From the NCBI GenBank assembly GCA_013138865.1, contig WTBY01000033.1:489-64488 (forward strand): DNA of 64,000 bases, given 5' to 3'. The DNA comes from Helicobacteraceae bacterium (GTDB taxonomy: Bacteria; Campylobacterota; Campylobacteria; Campylobacterales; Sulfurimonadaceae). The translations under genes and the position numbers were made by a program. The notes below the pieces were generated by a model, which saw only the letters and a program-made list of their open reading frames with translations, was not told where the DNA came from and ran no database searches. Shown here piece by piece: positions 48,265 to 57,631 of this stretch; positions within the stretch are counted from its first letter, which is position 1, and each line of letters starts with the position of its first letter.

Positions 48265-49374
48265 TTATCTTATAGTAACAATTTTTTTAACAATTTGTGT
48301 AAAAGATAGCTGTTCCATTACTCCACCATTTTCAAAAGCAACACGTGGCATACCATAAACAGTACAACTATCTTCGCTTTCACCCATAGTAAAACCACCA
48401 GCTTCTCTGATCGCTACCATACCTTCTGCACCATCATCACCAATACCAGTTAAAAGGACAGAAGTTATTTTTGCTCCACCAAATACTTTTAAACCACTTA
48501 AAAACGTCTCATCTACACTTGGTTTAAAAAAGCGCCCTTTATCGTTGTCATTTTCACTTACAACTATAGTTCCTGAAACTTTTTTGGTAAATTCCATATG
48601 CGATCCACCACGTGCTAAATAGATATTTCCAGGGCAAATTTCCATACCGTGTTTAGTATGGTGTACATTTAGCTTAGATGATTTATTTAGTCTACCAGCA
48701 AATGCTTCAGTAAACTGTGCAGGCATATGTTGAACAATACAAACCGCGTGAGGAAAATCAGCAGGCAAGGATGAACATATTTGCTCAATTAGCCCAGGTC
48801 CACCAGTAGACGCACCTACAAAAATAATTTTTTTTATATCTTTTGAAGATGTAGTTGGTTTTACTATTTCATTACTTTTAGATACTCTTTCAGTACGATT
48901 AGGTCGTTCAGATATTTCATTTTCAGGTTCATTTCTTCTTATTGGTCTACGAGCTCTATTTGCTTTTATTCTACGTTTTGATATACGACTTAATGCCTGA
49001 AGTTTTTCTATAATATCTTCAGAGTTTTCATGTTTACCGATATTCATAGTACCAGGTTTTGTAACGTAATCAATTGCACCTAAGTCTAATGCTTCCATCG
49101 TTGAAGTAGCATTGTCAGAAGTTAAAGAGCTTACCATAAGAATAGCAGATGGGTTTTTTTTCATAATTTCACCAACAGCAGTAAGACCATCCATCACTGG
49201 CATATTAATATCCATAGTAATTACATCATAATCAGTAGCACATGCTTTATCAACACCCTCTTGACCATTTTTTGCAGTCTCTATTTCAAAATCTAGTCCA
49301 CTACCTTTAATAAGTTCAGACAACTGTTTTCTAACTAGTGCTGAATCGTCGACTATTAGTACCTTTTTACTCAC
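48265..49374 (-). CDS. cheB: chemotaxis methylesterase CheB (REC plus esterase)
   Basis: REC N-terminus, linker, GASTGGP and the CheB esterase pattern. Confidence 0.9.
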   Translation of the reverse strand: MSKKVLIVDDSALVRKQLSELIKGSGLDFEIETAKNGQEGVDKACATDYDVITMDINMPVMDGLTAVGEIMKKNPSAILMVSSLTSDNATSTMEALDLGAIDYVTKPGTMNIGKHENSEDIIEKLQALSRISKRRIKANRARRPIRRNEPENEISERPNRTERVSKSNEIVKPTTSSKDIKKIIFVGASTGGPGLIEQICSSLPADFPHAVCIVQHMPAQFTEAFAGRLNKSSKLNVHHTKHGMEICPGNIYLARGGSHMEFTKKVSGTIVVSENDNDKGRFFKPSVDETFLSGLKVFGGAKITSVLLTGIGDDGAEGMVAIREAGGFTMGESEDSCTVYGMPRVAFENGGVMEQLSFTQIVKKIVTIR

Positions 49375-49387
49375 ATTAAACCTTTAT

Positions 49388-50752
49388 TTAATTAAATATA
49401 TCATTAATTTTAAATAATAATACAAGTCTATTGCCACCATCTAAATGTAGTACATTTGAAAAAAGAGCTGCGTTATCTTTTGCTTCACGAATATCACTAT
49501 CTAAAATATTATAAATTCCACTTACACTATCAACTCTAAAACCCATTTGAGTACCATTAATATTACAAATAATTATTTTTTCTTGGACACTTTTTACTTC
49601 TTGCACACCTAATCGCCTATGAAGAGAAACAAGAGTTACAATCTGACCACGTATGTTTATAATTCCATCAACTCTAGAGTCACTAAGAGCAACATTTGTA
49701 GAGTCTATAACATCCATAATCTCTGCAACATACTCTATATCAAATGCATATTCTACGCTGTCAAGTTTAAAAACAACAACTTCTAACTCGCCCCTAACTT
49801 GAAGAGCTACTTCAGTTTCTGAAGAGTTTGAAAATTTGTCATTTTCAGCAATTAATGGGATCAAGGCTTGAGAAGAGATAATAGATATTAACTGTTCACC
49901 AGAATGTATTACACCAGATATTTTTGTATCTTGAAAATTAATAGGCATACGCTCTAATTCTGATTGTTCATACTCTGCAATATCTAAAATCTGATCAACT
50001 ATAAGTCCAATTTTTTTGTCATTTACATAAACTATAAGTACTCTATTTTTATCACTACTAGTAGCTTCTAAATTATAGTACATTCTAAGATCAGCTATAA
50101 TCATTAACTCTTCTCGAAGTGAAACAAGACCTAAAATTTCAGCAGATGAACCAGCAATATCACTATAATCAGTAGGAACTGTAATAATCTCTCTTAAATC
50201 ATCAATATGCACGGCAAACTGTTCATTCGCCATCTTAAAGACTAAGTATCTCTCTTTATTAGATATTTTTTCAACTACTATTCCAGACTTTGTTCCATCT
50301 TTGATCTCAATAGGATCATATTTTTTTAACTTAACCCCTGAGCTTAAAGTTTTAATATCTAAGACTTGTATTATTTTATTATTATTATTATTATGGTAAA
50401 TTGCACAAATAGCACTTTCATCACTTGAATCAACTGATTCAAGAGACTCTTCATCTACACTCAATGTAATTGTGATAGATGATACTAGCATAGCCATCTT
50501 TTTATCATCATCATTTAATAATAAAAGTCTACTATCTTCATTTTCAACATCAACTTGTCCAATATCTAACAAAATATTCAGATCAAGTGCCGGTGTAATA
50601 TCACCAGCAACAGCACAAAGTCCACGGACTTCTCTTGGCGAGAGTGGTAAAACTGTTAGGTTTGGAACTCTAAGAATTTGGTCTATTTTGTTAGTATCAA
50701 TAGCATAGCTGATATCATCATGCTCTATGACTAATATCTCTTTAATTTGCAT
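49388..50752 (-). CDS. triple CheW-domain coupling protein
   Basis: Three successive CheW-like modules in 454 aa, each with the ...YAI/FAV...V.EI... and ...G.IVD.I... patterns. Confidence 0.8.
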   Translation of the reverse strand: MQIKEILVIEHDDISYAIDTNKIDQILRVPNLTVLPLSPREVRGLCAVAGDITPALDLNILLDIGQVDVENEDSRLLLLNDDDKKMAMLVSSITITLSVDEESLESVDSSDESAICAIYHNNNNNKIIQVLDIKTLSSGVKLKKYDPIEIKDGTKSGIVVEKISNKERYLVFKMANEQFAVHIDDLREIITVPTDYSDIAGSSAEILGLVSLREELMIIADLRMYYNLEATSSDKNRVLIVYVNDKKIGLIVDQILDIAEYEQSELERMPINFQDTKISGVIHSGEQLISIISSQALIPLIAENDKFSNSSETEVALQVRGELEVVVFKLDSVEYAFDIEYVAEIMDVIDSTNVALSDSRVDGIINIRGQIVTLVSLHRRLGVQEVKSVQEKIIICNINGTQMGFRVDSVSGIYNILDSDIREAKDNAALFSNVLHLDGGNRLVLLFKINDIFN

Positions 50753-50755
50753 AAA

Positions 50756-52636
50756 TTAACCTTGTTGTAGCTCATCTGCCATAACAGCTAACTCTTCAAC
50801 ACCATCACCAATATGTGAAATTGTCTCTATAATTAACTCACTAGCTTTTCTTGATTCCATAGCATTTCTTGCCGAAAGCTCAACTGCTTTTTGGATCTCT
50901 GTAACACCAACCATACCTTGGTTTAATCCTTCAAGATTTTGATCATTTACAGATTTAAGTCCCGCGTAACGATCTATTAAATCTACTAACATATCTGAAA
51001 TTTTATCTATATCAGTAAGAAGAGAGTCTATTCTTGTATGCTCTTTTCCTTGATCACTTAAAAGTTGACCCCAGTCATTTCTAACTGTATCAATTTCAGC
51101 ATTCATAGACTCAATAGTATCATTAATTTTTTCAGTATTTGACTCAGAATCTTTTGCTAAGTTACGAATATCAGCTGAAACAACTGCAAAACCTTTTCCA
51201 AACTCACCAGCACGTGCAGCCTCAATAGAGCCACTGATTGCAAGCATATTTAACTGAATAATAGAGTTAGAAATATTTCCAACTGTTTTGTCAACATTTC
51301 TAGTCTCTTTAACAATAACTTCTATCTCATTATTAGCAGAGTTACCCTCATTTATAGAATTTTGAAATGCCTCTTTAATTTTTACGATTGTAGATTTTAC
51401 TGAAAGGAATGAAGTTTTAACTAAATCGAAGTTACGACGAGCAATATTAATAAGTTCATCAATATCTTTAGCCGCAGATAGACCTATCTCTAAGTTATCT
51501 TTATTTTTAAGTGCGCTTTGGTTTGTCGTAGTAGAACTAGCTTCAATTTGGTTAAGAGCACTAGTTACATCTACAAGAGCAGATTGGATCTCTTCCATAC
51601 TACCACCAATAGCGTCAGCACTACTAGCAATCTCTTCAGCAGATTTCATAGAGTCTGTTGAGTATTTAAGCTCTTCTGCTAAGTTTGAAAGCTCTTTAAT
51701 ATCGTCTTCTGTTTGAACCAATGCAGATGACTGAACATCTATTCCATTTAAAGTTTTTTCAACTGAAAGTGCAATTGAGTGAGAAGAGTCAGCAATATCT
51801 TGACTTCCATCATTTACACTTTGAGCAGCTTCACCTAAAGTAGTAGTATAAGAGTGAATACTTCTAGCCGCTTCAACTGAATAGATTGCTATTTTAGTTA
51901 GTTCTTCCATTTTAAGACTTAACTCTGTACCAGTTTCACCAGTTGTAGAGATTATGTCAGTAGTACCAACGATACTTTTTATAATATCATCTATACTACT
52001 TTGAATTTTATTTACTAACTCAGAGATAAATTCTGCATTTTTCTCACTCTCACCTGCAAGTGCACGAGTTTCATCAGCAACAACTGCAAAACCTTTACCA
52101 TGCTCTTTAGCACGACTTGCTTCGATCGCAGCATTAAGTGCAAGAAGATTAGTCTGATCAGCAATTTTAGCAATAAAACCAACAGCTTCACCAATATTTT
52201 CAGAAGATAGTTTTAACTCTTCTGATTTTTTAGAAGATGCTTTTGCAACTTCTACTGCACTGTTCATACGACCTACACTAGAATTAATTGTACTAACAGC
52301 ACCTATAATACTATCACCAGTAGCAGATGTTGAACTAATAACAGTATCAATTGTAGAGTTCATACGATTTATGTTCGCGTTAATAGCTTTTACGTTTTTA
52401 AGAGCTTGTTCACTTGCTCCACTATTCTCTTCAGCTGCAGTTGCAATTTGCTCCATTGAAGACTTAAGTTCTTCGATCGCACTTACACTCTCTTGAGCGT
52501 TGTTTAATATATTAGATGCAACACCTGCAATACCTTCACTAATTTGCTGTTGTTTAGCAAGCGTTCTTTGGCGACGCTTATTATCACTTGCTCCACTTGA
52601 AACTACCGCTGAGTTAGATTTTTTAACTAATGCCAT
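50756..52636 (-). CDS. soluble methyl-accepting chemotaxis protein with two signalling hairpin tips (DosM-like)
   Basis: No TM segment. Tip 1 is QTNLLALNAAIEASRAKEHGKGFAVVADETRALA (aa 161-194). Tip 2 is QLNMLAISGSIEAARAGEFGKGFAVVSADIRNLA (aa 461-494). Confidence 0.9.
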   Translation of the reverse strand: MALVKKSNSAVVSSGASDNKRRQRTLAKQQQISEGIAGVASNILNNAQESVSAIEELKSSMEQIATAAEENSGASEQALKNVKAINANINRMNSTIDTVISSTSATGDSIIGAVSTINSSVGRMNSAVEVAKASSKKSEELKLSSENIGEAVGFIAKIADQTNLLALNAAIEASRAKEHGKGFAVVADETRALAGESEKNAEFISELVNKIQSSIDDIIKSIVGTTDIISTTGETGTELSLKMEELTKIAIYSVEAARSIHSYTTTLGEAAQSVNDGSQDIADSSHSIALSVEKTLNGIDVQSSALVQTEDDIKELSNLAEELKYSTDSMKSAEEIASSADAIGGSMEEIQSALVDVTSALNQIEASSTTTNQSALKNKDNLEIGLSAAKDIDELINIARRNFDLVKTSFLSVKSTIVKIKEAFQNSINEGNSANNEIEVIVKETRNVDKTVGNISNSIIQLNMLAISGSIEAARAGEFGKGFAVVSADIRNLAKDSESNTEKINDTIESMNAEIDTVRNDWGQLLSDQGKEHTRIDSLLTDIDKISDMLVDLIDRYAGLKSVNDQNLEGLNQGMVGVTEIQKAVELSARNAMESRKASELIIETISHIGDGVEELAVMADELQQG

Positions 52637-52652
52637 AATATTTACCTTTTTC

Positions 52653-53075
52653 CTAGTCTAATGTAGCGTAAAGCTCAATTGATTTCTTAATATCTTCACG
52701 AGTTGGTTTCACACGAATTGATACATATTTAGTATTTCCACTTTTGTCAATTGAACGAAGAACTGTTGCATATACCCAGTAATGTCCTCCACCTTTACGT
52801 GCATTTTTAACAAAACCAGTCCAAAATCCTTTTTCTTGGACATCGTCCCATAAGCTTTTAAATGCAGCACGAGGCATATCTGGATGGCGAACAACATTAT
52901 GTGGCTGACCAATAAGATCACTCGGGCACATATTTGCTATTTTAAAAAAAGAGTCACTTGCATAAGTCACTATACCCTTTTCATCTGTTTCTGATAACAA
53001 GTATAAGTCATCATATAATACTTCACCATCATCTAAAAATGTTAGACCTTCTGTGCTTACTGTACAATCTGCCAT
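52653..53075 (-). CDS. standalone Aer/CetB-like PAS (FAD-type) sensor protein
   Basis: GQPHNVVRHPDMPRAAFKSLW...KNARKGGGHYWV closely follows the E. coli Aer PAS core (GQPHNMVRHPDMPKAAF...KNRRKNGDHYWV). Confidence 0.85.
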   Translation of the reverse strand: MADCTVSTEGLTFLDDGEVLYDDLYLLSETDEKGIVTYASDSFFKIANMCPSDLIGQPHNVVRHPDMPRAAFKSLWDDVQEKGFWTGFVKNARKGGGHYWVYATVLRSIDKSGNTKYVSIRVKPTREDIKKSIELYATLD

Positions 53076-53216
53076 TGTTGCTCCTCTTGAAATTAAACTA
53101 AAAAAATAGTTTTTAGAATATAAATTATTAAGTAGAGTATCGTTAAGTTTCTAAAAAAGAATTGAAAAAGAAATTAAAATTGAAAAGTTATTTGATTGGG
53201 GGGAGTTAAAGAGGTT

Positions 53217-53243
53217 AATAGGGTATTAAAGTAACACCCTATT
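53217..53243 (-). terminator. hairpin just downstream of rpsO (possible terminator)
   Basis: AATAGGGT-N11-ACCCTATT, 8 nt after the rpsO stop. There is no clear U-tract, so confidence is low. Confidence 0.3.
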
Positions 53244-53251
53244 GGTTAAAA

Positions 53252-53527
53252 TTAGATATTATCTCTAATAGCTAAATCTGAGACTAATTTGTTGTATGAA
53301 GTTTTGTTTGTACGTTTGAAATAACGCATTAAACGACGACGTTGACCAACTAATTTTAAAAGACCTAAACGTGATGCATGATCTTTTTTATGAGTTTTAA
53401 GATGATCTGTAAGTTCAGCAATACGGCTACTTAAAAGTGCTATTTGTACTTCACTTGATCCTGTGTCACTACCGTTACGTCCATATTTTGAAACAATCTC
53501 TTGTTTTTTCGCCTGATCTAGAGCCAT
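53252..53527 (-). CDS. rpsO: 30S ribosomal protein S15
   Basis: [12 protein letters not shown]...[41 protein letters not shown] is the S15 pattern. The internal ATG start gives 91 aa. Confidence 0.9.
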   Translation of the reverse strand: MALDQAKKQEIVSKYGRNGSDTGSSEVQIALLSSRIAELTDHLKTHKKDHASRLGLLKLVGQRRRLMRYFKRTNKTSYNKLVSDLAIRDNI

Positions 53528-53640
53528 AATGGCCTCCTGATTGGTATAAATTCTAAACATTTTTTAACTAGAAAAAATATAAAGTTCGAAATAATATCTA
53601 AATTAAATAAAAATTTCAACATCAAGTAAAACTTCTTAGC

Positions 53641-53646
53641 TATAAT
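53641..53646 (+). promoter_or_regulatory. candidate -10 box TATAAT for the Rrf2-flhA operon
   Basis: TATAAT lies 32 nt upstream of the ATG, with AGAGG between them. Confidence 0.4.
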
Positions 53647-53677
53647 CACAATAAATATTAATTTATATAGAGGTTTA

Positions 53678-54088
53678 ATGTTACTAACTCGTGCAAGTGA
53701 ATACGCTCTTTTATCATTATTACTTTTAGCTAAGAGTGACAAACCACTTGACACAGAGACTCTTTCGAGTGAACTTAAAATTTCAAAAAGTTTTTTAGCA
53801 AAAATACTTCAAGCTTTAGCACGTCGTAAGATTTTAAACTCATACAAAGGTGTTAATGGAGGCTTTAGTCTAGCTAGAAAAATGGAAGAGATTAGCATTT
53901 TTGACATTATGGAGTCTGCTGAAAAAAAAGCACCGGCTGTGTTTGACTGTTCTGACTCTATTGAAAGTTGTCCATCTCAACAAGCTTCTACTTGTGCAAT
54001 ATGGCCAATGATCAATAACCTTCAAGGACGAATAGATATTTTTTTAAAAAATATCTCTTTAAAAGATATTTTAGAGCAAGAGAGCTAA
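53678..54088 (+). CDS. Rrf2-family transcriptional regulator with three-Cys cluster
   Basis: N-terminal wHTH MLLTRASEYALLSLLLLA typical of Rrf2. Three C-terminal cysteines (C..C......C) suggest Fe-S ligation. Confidence 0.85.
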   Translation: MLLTRASEYALLSLLLLAKSDKPLDTETLSSELKISKSFLAKILQALARRKILNSYKGVNGGFSLARKMEEISIFDIMESAEKKAPAVFDCSDSIESCPSQQASTCAIWPMINNLQGRIDIFLKNISLKDILEQES

Positions 54089-54092
54089 GTCC

Positions 54093-56321
54093 TTGGCAAC
54101 TTTAAAAAATAATTTTCTTCACTATGGAGCTGTAGCTTCTGAATTTTTAGGTAAGACTAAAGACCTTGGTGTTGTCGGCTTTGTTATGGCCGTACTTGCG
54201 ATTATTATCGTTCCACTTCCAAGTATTGTCCTTGACTTTTTATTAGCTATTTCACTCTCTGTTGCTGTTTTAATTCTGCTTATGGCACTCTATGTTCCTA
54301 AGCCAACCGATCTCTCTACATTCCCCTCACTACTTCTAATCATTACGCTATTTAGGCTCTCTTTAAATGTGGCTACTACAAGAATGATCCTAAGTGATGG
54401 TGCTAAAGGTCCTGAAGCAGTGAGTGAGATCATTATTAGTTTTGGTAACTTTGTTGTTGGTGGTAACTTCGTTATAGGTATCATAGTTTTTTCGATCTTA
54501 GTGATTATTAACTTTATGGTAATTACTAAAGGTTCGACAAGGGTTGCAGAGGTTGCAGCTAGATTTACACTAGATGCAATGCCAGGTCACCAAATGGCTA
54601 TTGATGCGGATCTTAATGCTGGTATTATTACTGATGAAGAAGCAAAAGCCAGTCGTGCTGAACTTTTAGAAAATGCTAACTTTTATGGGGCAATGGACGG
54701 TTCGAGTAAGTTTGTTCAAGGTGATGCTACTGCTGGTATTATCATTACTTTTATTAACATTATTGGTGGTTTTTTGATAGGAATGTTTCAGTTTGATATG
54801 AGTGCAGGTGACGCTGCTTCTACATTTACACTTCTTACGATCGGTGATGGACTTTTAAGTCAAATTCCTGCACTTATAATCTCTACTGCTGTGGGTATTA
54901 TGATGACTCGTGCTTCAACAAGTAAAGATGGAGATAACTTTGCAACGGGCGCTGTTGATCAGCTAATGAGTCAGGCTAGAGTTATTATGATCGTTGGTGC
55001 GATTATGCTTATGTTTGCATCTGTTCCTGGACTTCCTACATTATCACTTGGCTTTTTAGGTCTTCTATTTTCAGGTTTAGGTTTTGTTCTTTATAAACAA
55101 GACAAAGGGGAACCTTTCTTTAAAAGACTAGAAGAACAAGATATTACACCCGGCAAACCTGGTGAAAAACCAAAAGCTGGTGCTAAAAGTAAAGGCAAAA
55201 GTAAAGGCAAAGATGCTGAAGAAGAGAAAAAACCTGAAAAAACAGCTGCAGAGATCCAAAAAGAGGAAGAGAGTGCACTAAACGATATTTTAAAGATAGA
55301 GATGTTAGAGCTTACACTTGGTTACCAACTAATACGCTTAGCTGACAAATCACAAGGTGGGGATCTTCTTGAGAGAATCCGTTCTATGAGAAGAAAAATA
55401 GCTACCGACTTTGGCTTTTTAATGCCTCAAGTACGTATACGTGATGACCTTCACTTAGGACCTGATCAGTATGAAGTTAAACTAAAAGGTGTTGGGATTG
55501 GTGATGGAACTATAAAAGTTGAAAAACTACTAGCAATGGATAGTGGTATGGCAACTGGTGATGTTTTTGGGGAGCCAACAAAAGAGCCTGCTTTTAATCT
55601 TGACGCTTTATGGATTGAGCCTGATCTAAAAGAAGATGCTATTATGAATGGCTATACAGTTGTTGATCCATCAACTGTAATCTCTACACATATGAGTGAG
55701 CTAATTAAGCGTAATGCTGAAGATATGTTAACTAGGCAAGAGACTCAAAATCTTATAGATAAAATTAAAGAAGACTACCCTGTTGTTATTGATGATGTTT
55801 TAAGTGTTGCAAAAATTGGTTTAGTTCAACGTGTATTTAAATCACTTCTTCATGAACAAATTCCTCTTAAAGATATGCTTACTATTTTAGAAACTATTGC
55901 CGATATTGCTGAATATACGAAGAGTGTTGAGTTTATTACAGAGCAAGTGCGTACACGTCTTTCACGTATTATTACTAATATGTACGCAAATCATGAGGGT
56001 GTTATTAAACTTTTAACGTTTGATACTCCTAGTGAACAGAGAATTTTGGAGACTATAACTGAGCAAAATGATGTTGTTCACCTAGGTCTAAATGTTGGGG
56101 AAATTAATAATATAATTCAAGCAACATCACAAAAAGCTACAGAGGCTCTTCAACTAGGAATATCACCTGTAATAATTATAGTTGATCCTAAACTACGTCG
56201 TCCATTGGCGGAAATTTATGAACGCTTCTCTTTAGATGTTATAGTTCTCTCTCACGCAGAGATCAACTCTACAGCTAAGTTTGAAGTTGTTGGCTCTATT
56301 AGTGTAGAAAATAATATATAG
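54093..56321 (+). CDS. flhA: flagellar type III export protein FlhA
   Basis: Eight-TM N-domain with the FHIPEP motif region (ARFTLDAMPGHQMAIDADL), a Lys-rich linker and a cytoplasmic C-domain. TTG start 4 nt after the Rrf2 stop. Confidence 0.95.
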   Translation: MATLKNNFLHYGAVASEFLGKTKDLGVVGFVMAVLAIIIVPLPSIVLDFLLAISLSVAVLILLMALYVPKPTDLSTFPSLLLIITLFRLSLNVATTRMILSDGAKGPEAVSEIIISFGNFVVGGNFVIGIIVFSILVIINFMVITKGSTRVAEVAARFTLDAMPGHQMAIDADLNAGIITDEEAKASRAELLENANFYGAMDGSSKFVQGDATAGIIITFINIIGGFLIGMFQFDMSAGDAASTFTLLTIGDGLLSQIPALIISTAVGIMMTRASTSKDGDNFATGAVDQLMSQARVIMIVGAIMLMFASVPGLPTLSLGFLGLLFSGLGFVLYKQDKGEPFFKRLEEQDITPGKPGEKPKAGAKSKGKSKGKDAEEEKKPEKTAAEIQKEEESALNDILKIEMLELTLGYQLIRLADKSQGGDLLERIRSMRRKIATDFGFLMPQVRIRDDLHLGPDQYEVKLKGVGIGDGTIKVEKLLAMDSGMATGDVFGEPTKEPAFNLDALWIEPDLKEDAIMNGYTVVDPSTVISTHMSELIKRNAEDMLTRQETQNLIDKIKEDYPVVIDDVLSVAKIGLVQRVFKSLLHEQIPLKDMLTILETIADIAEYTKSVEFITEQVRTRLSRIITNMYANHEGVIKLLTFDTPSEQRILETITEQNDVVHLGLNVGEINNIIQATSQKATEALQLGISPVIIIVDPKLRRPLAEIYERFSLDVIVLSHAEINSTAKFEVVGSISVENNI

Positions 56322-56338
56322 TAAAAAAGGTAAAAATT

Positions 56339-57424
56339 ATGTCAAAAACTGTTCATCATCTATCTCACACTGACCTTGATGGTTATTCGGCTCAACTTAT
56401 CATGAAATATACACCCTACTCTATGAGTTACTACAACGCTAACTATGGTGCTGAAGTTGGTGAGAGAATATCTCAAATATTAGAAGCGATCAAAGAGCAA
56501 AAAAATGATGCTACTATATTAATAAGCGATCTTAACCTTACAATGGATGAAGCAAAATCACTAAATAAAGAAGTTGATCGCATAAATGAGACTTCTAAAA
56601 TGAGTGTTACTATACTTCTTCTTGATCATCATGGTAGTGGTGAGGACTGCGCTAAAAAGTTTGAGTGGTACTATCTTGACACTCACAGATGTGCAACGAA
56701 AATAGTTTACGACTATGTAAAAGTAAACTTTGAGTTTGATGAACCAACATGGATGTGTGAATATGTAAATGCGGTAAATGCAGTTGATCTATGGAAACAA
56801 GAAGAGGTAGAAAACTTTGAGTATGGAAAAGTTTGTATGCGTCTTATTTATGAAACACGTGAACTTAACCGAGTTATGTTTGCATCTTCTGATCATGAGT
56901 ACAAAACTCAACTACTAATAAATGCTGCGCAAATGATTAATCATGATAATGCGAATATAGCTCTTGATGAGTCTATACACAGAATGAAAAAAGAGTTCTT
57001 TAAAGTAGATAAAGATGACACACTTGACAATTTAGCTACTAATAAAATAGTTAAACTATTAAGTGAGCAAAAAGCTAATAACACAATTTACTACAAAAAT
57101 TACAAAGGCTATATGAGCTATGGTGTTGGTAATACTTCGATCGTTGGTAATGGTTTTTTAGTTGCTAATGATGATTATGACTTTATAGTTGATGTAAGTA
57201 GTCGTGGAACTATGGGTTTTAGAGCAAACAACAAAGTTGACGTATCTCTGATCGCAAAAGAGTTAGGAAATGGTGGTGGACATCCAAATGCAAGTGGTGG
57301 TAGAATGCAAGGCTTTAAAGAGCAATTTCGCTACGACAAAGCAAAAGCACAAGTTCTTAATGCGATAGACAAAGCAGAAGCAACTGCTGGTAAATTAGAG
57401 TTTAAAAAAGAAACGTTATCTTAA
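56339..57424 (+). CDS. DHH/DHHA1-family phosphoesterase (NrnA-like)
   Basis: DLDG, LLDHHG (DHH) and GGGHPNASGG (DHHA1) motifs. Confidence 0.8.
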   Translation: MSKTVHHLSHTDLDGYSAQLIMKYTPYSMSYYNANYGAEVGERISQILEAIKEQKNDATILISDLNLTMDEAKSLNKEVDRINETSKMSVTILLLDHHGSGEDCAKKFEWYYLDTHRCATKIVYDYVKVNFEFDEPTWMCEYVNAVNAVDLWKQEEVENFEYGKVCMRLIYETRELNRVMFASSDHEYKTQLLINAAQMINHDNANIALDESIHRMKKEFFKVDKDDTLDNLATNKIVKLLSEQKANNTIYYKNYKGYMSYGVGNTSIVGNGFLVANDDYDFIVDVSSRGTMGFRANNKVDVSLIAKELGNGGGHPNASGGRMQGFKEQFRYDKAKAQVLNAIDKAEATAGKLEFKKETLS

Positions 57425-57609
57425 AGACTCTCTTTTTCAACTGCAACTAGTGCCTCTTGCATAGCTTTTAAAATTAACTCTCTTGCATAAGTTTCATCAC
57501 ATTCTGGAACAGAGTAACCTATAAACTTCATATTCGCTTTATAAATAGCACTCATTTCACTTATAATTTCATCGTGTTGTGTCTGCATTGCTTGATCTTC
57601 AGCTCTCAT
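57421..57609 (-). CDS. small hypothetical protein (62 aa)
   Basis: Internal ATG preceded by AAGGGA. No motif. Divergent from the next gene. Confidence 0.3.
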   Translation of the reverse strand: MRAEDQAMQTQHDEIISEMSAIYKANMKFIGYSVPECDETYARELILKAMQEALVAVEKESL

Positions 57610-57631
57610 AATATCCCTTTTTGAGTATTTT

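Noticed and set aside
52709-52921. 70-aa same-strand alternative-frame ORF inside the PAS gene
   Set aside because: The PAS frame matches the Aer PAS core almost residue for residue. The alternative frame shows no motif.
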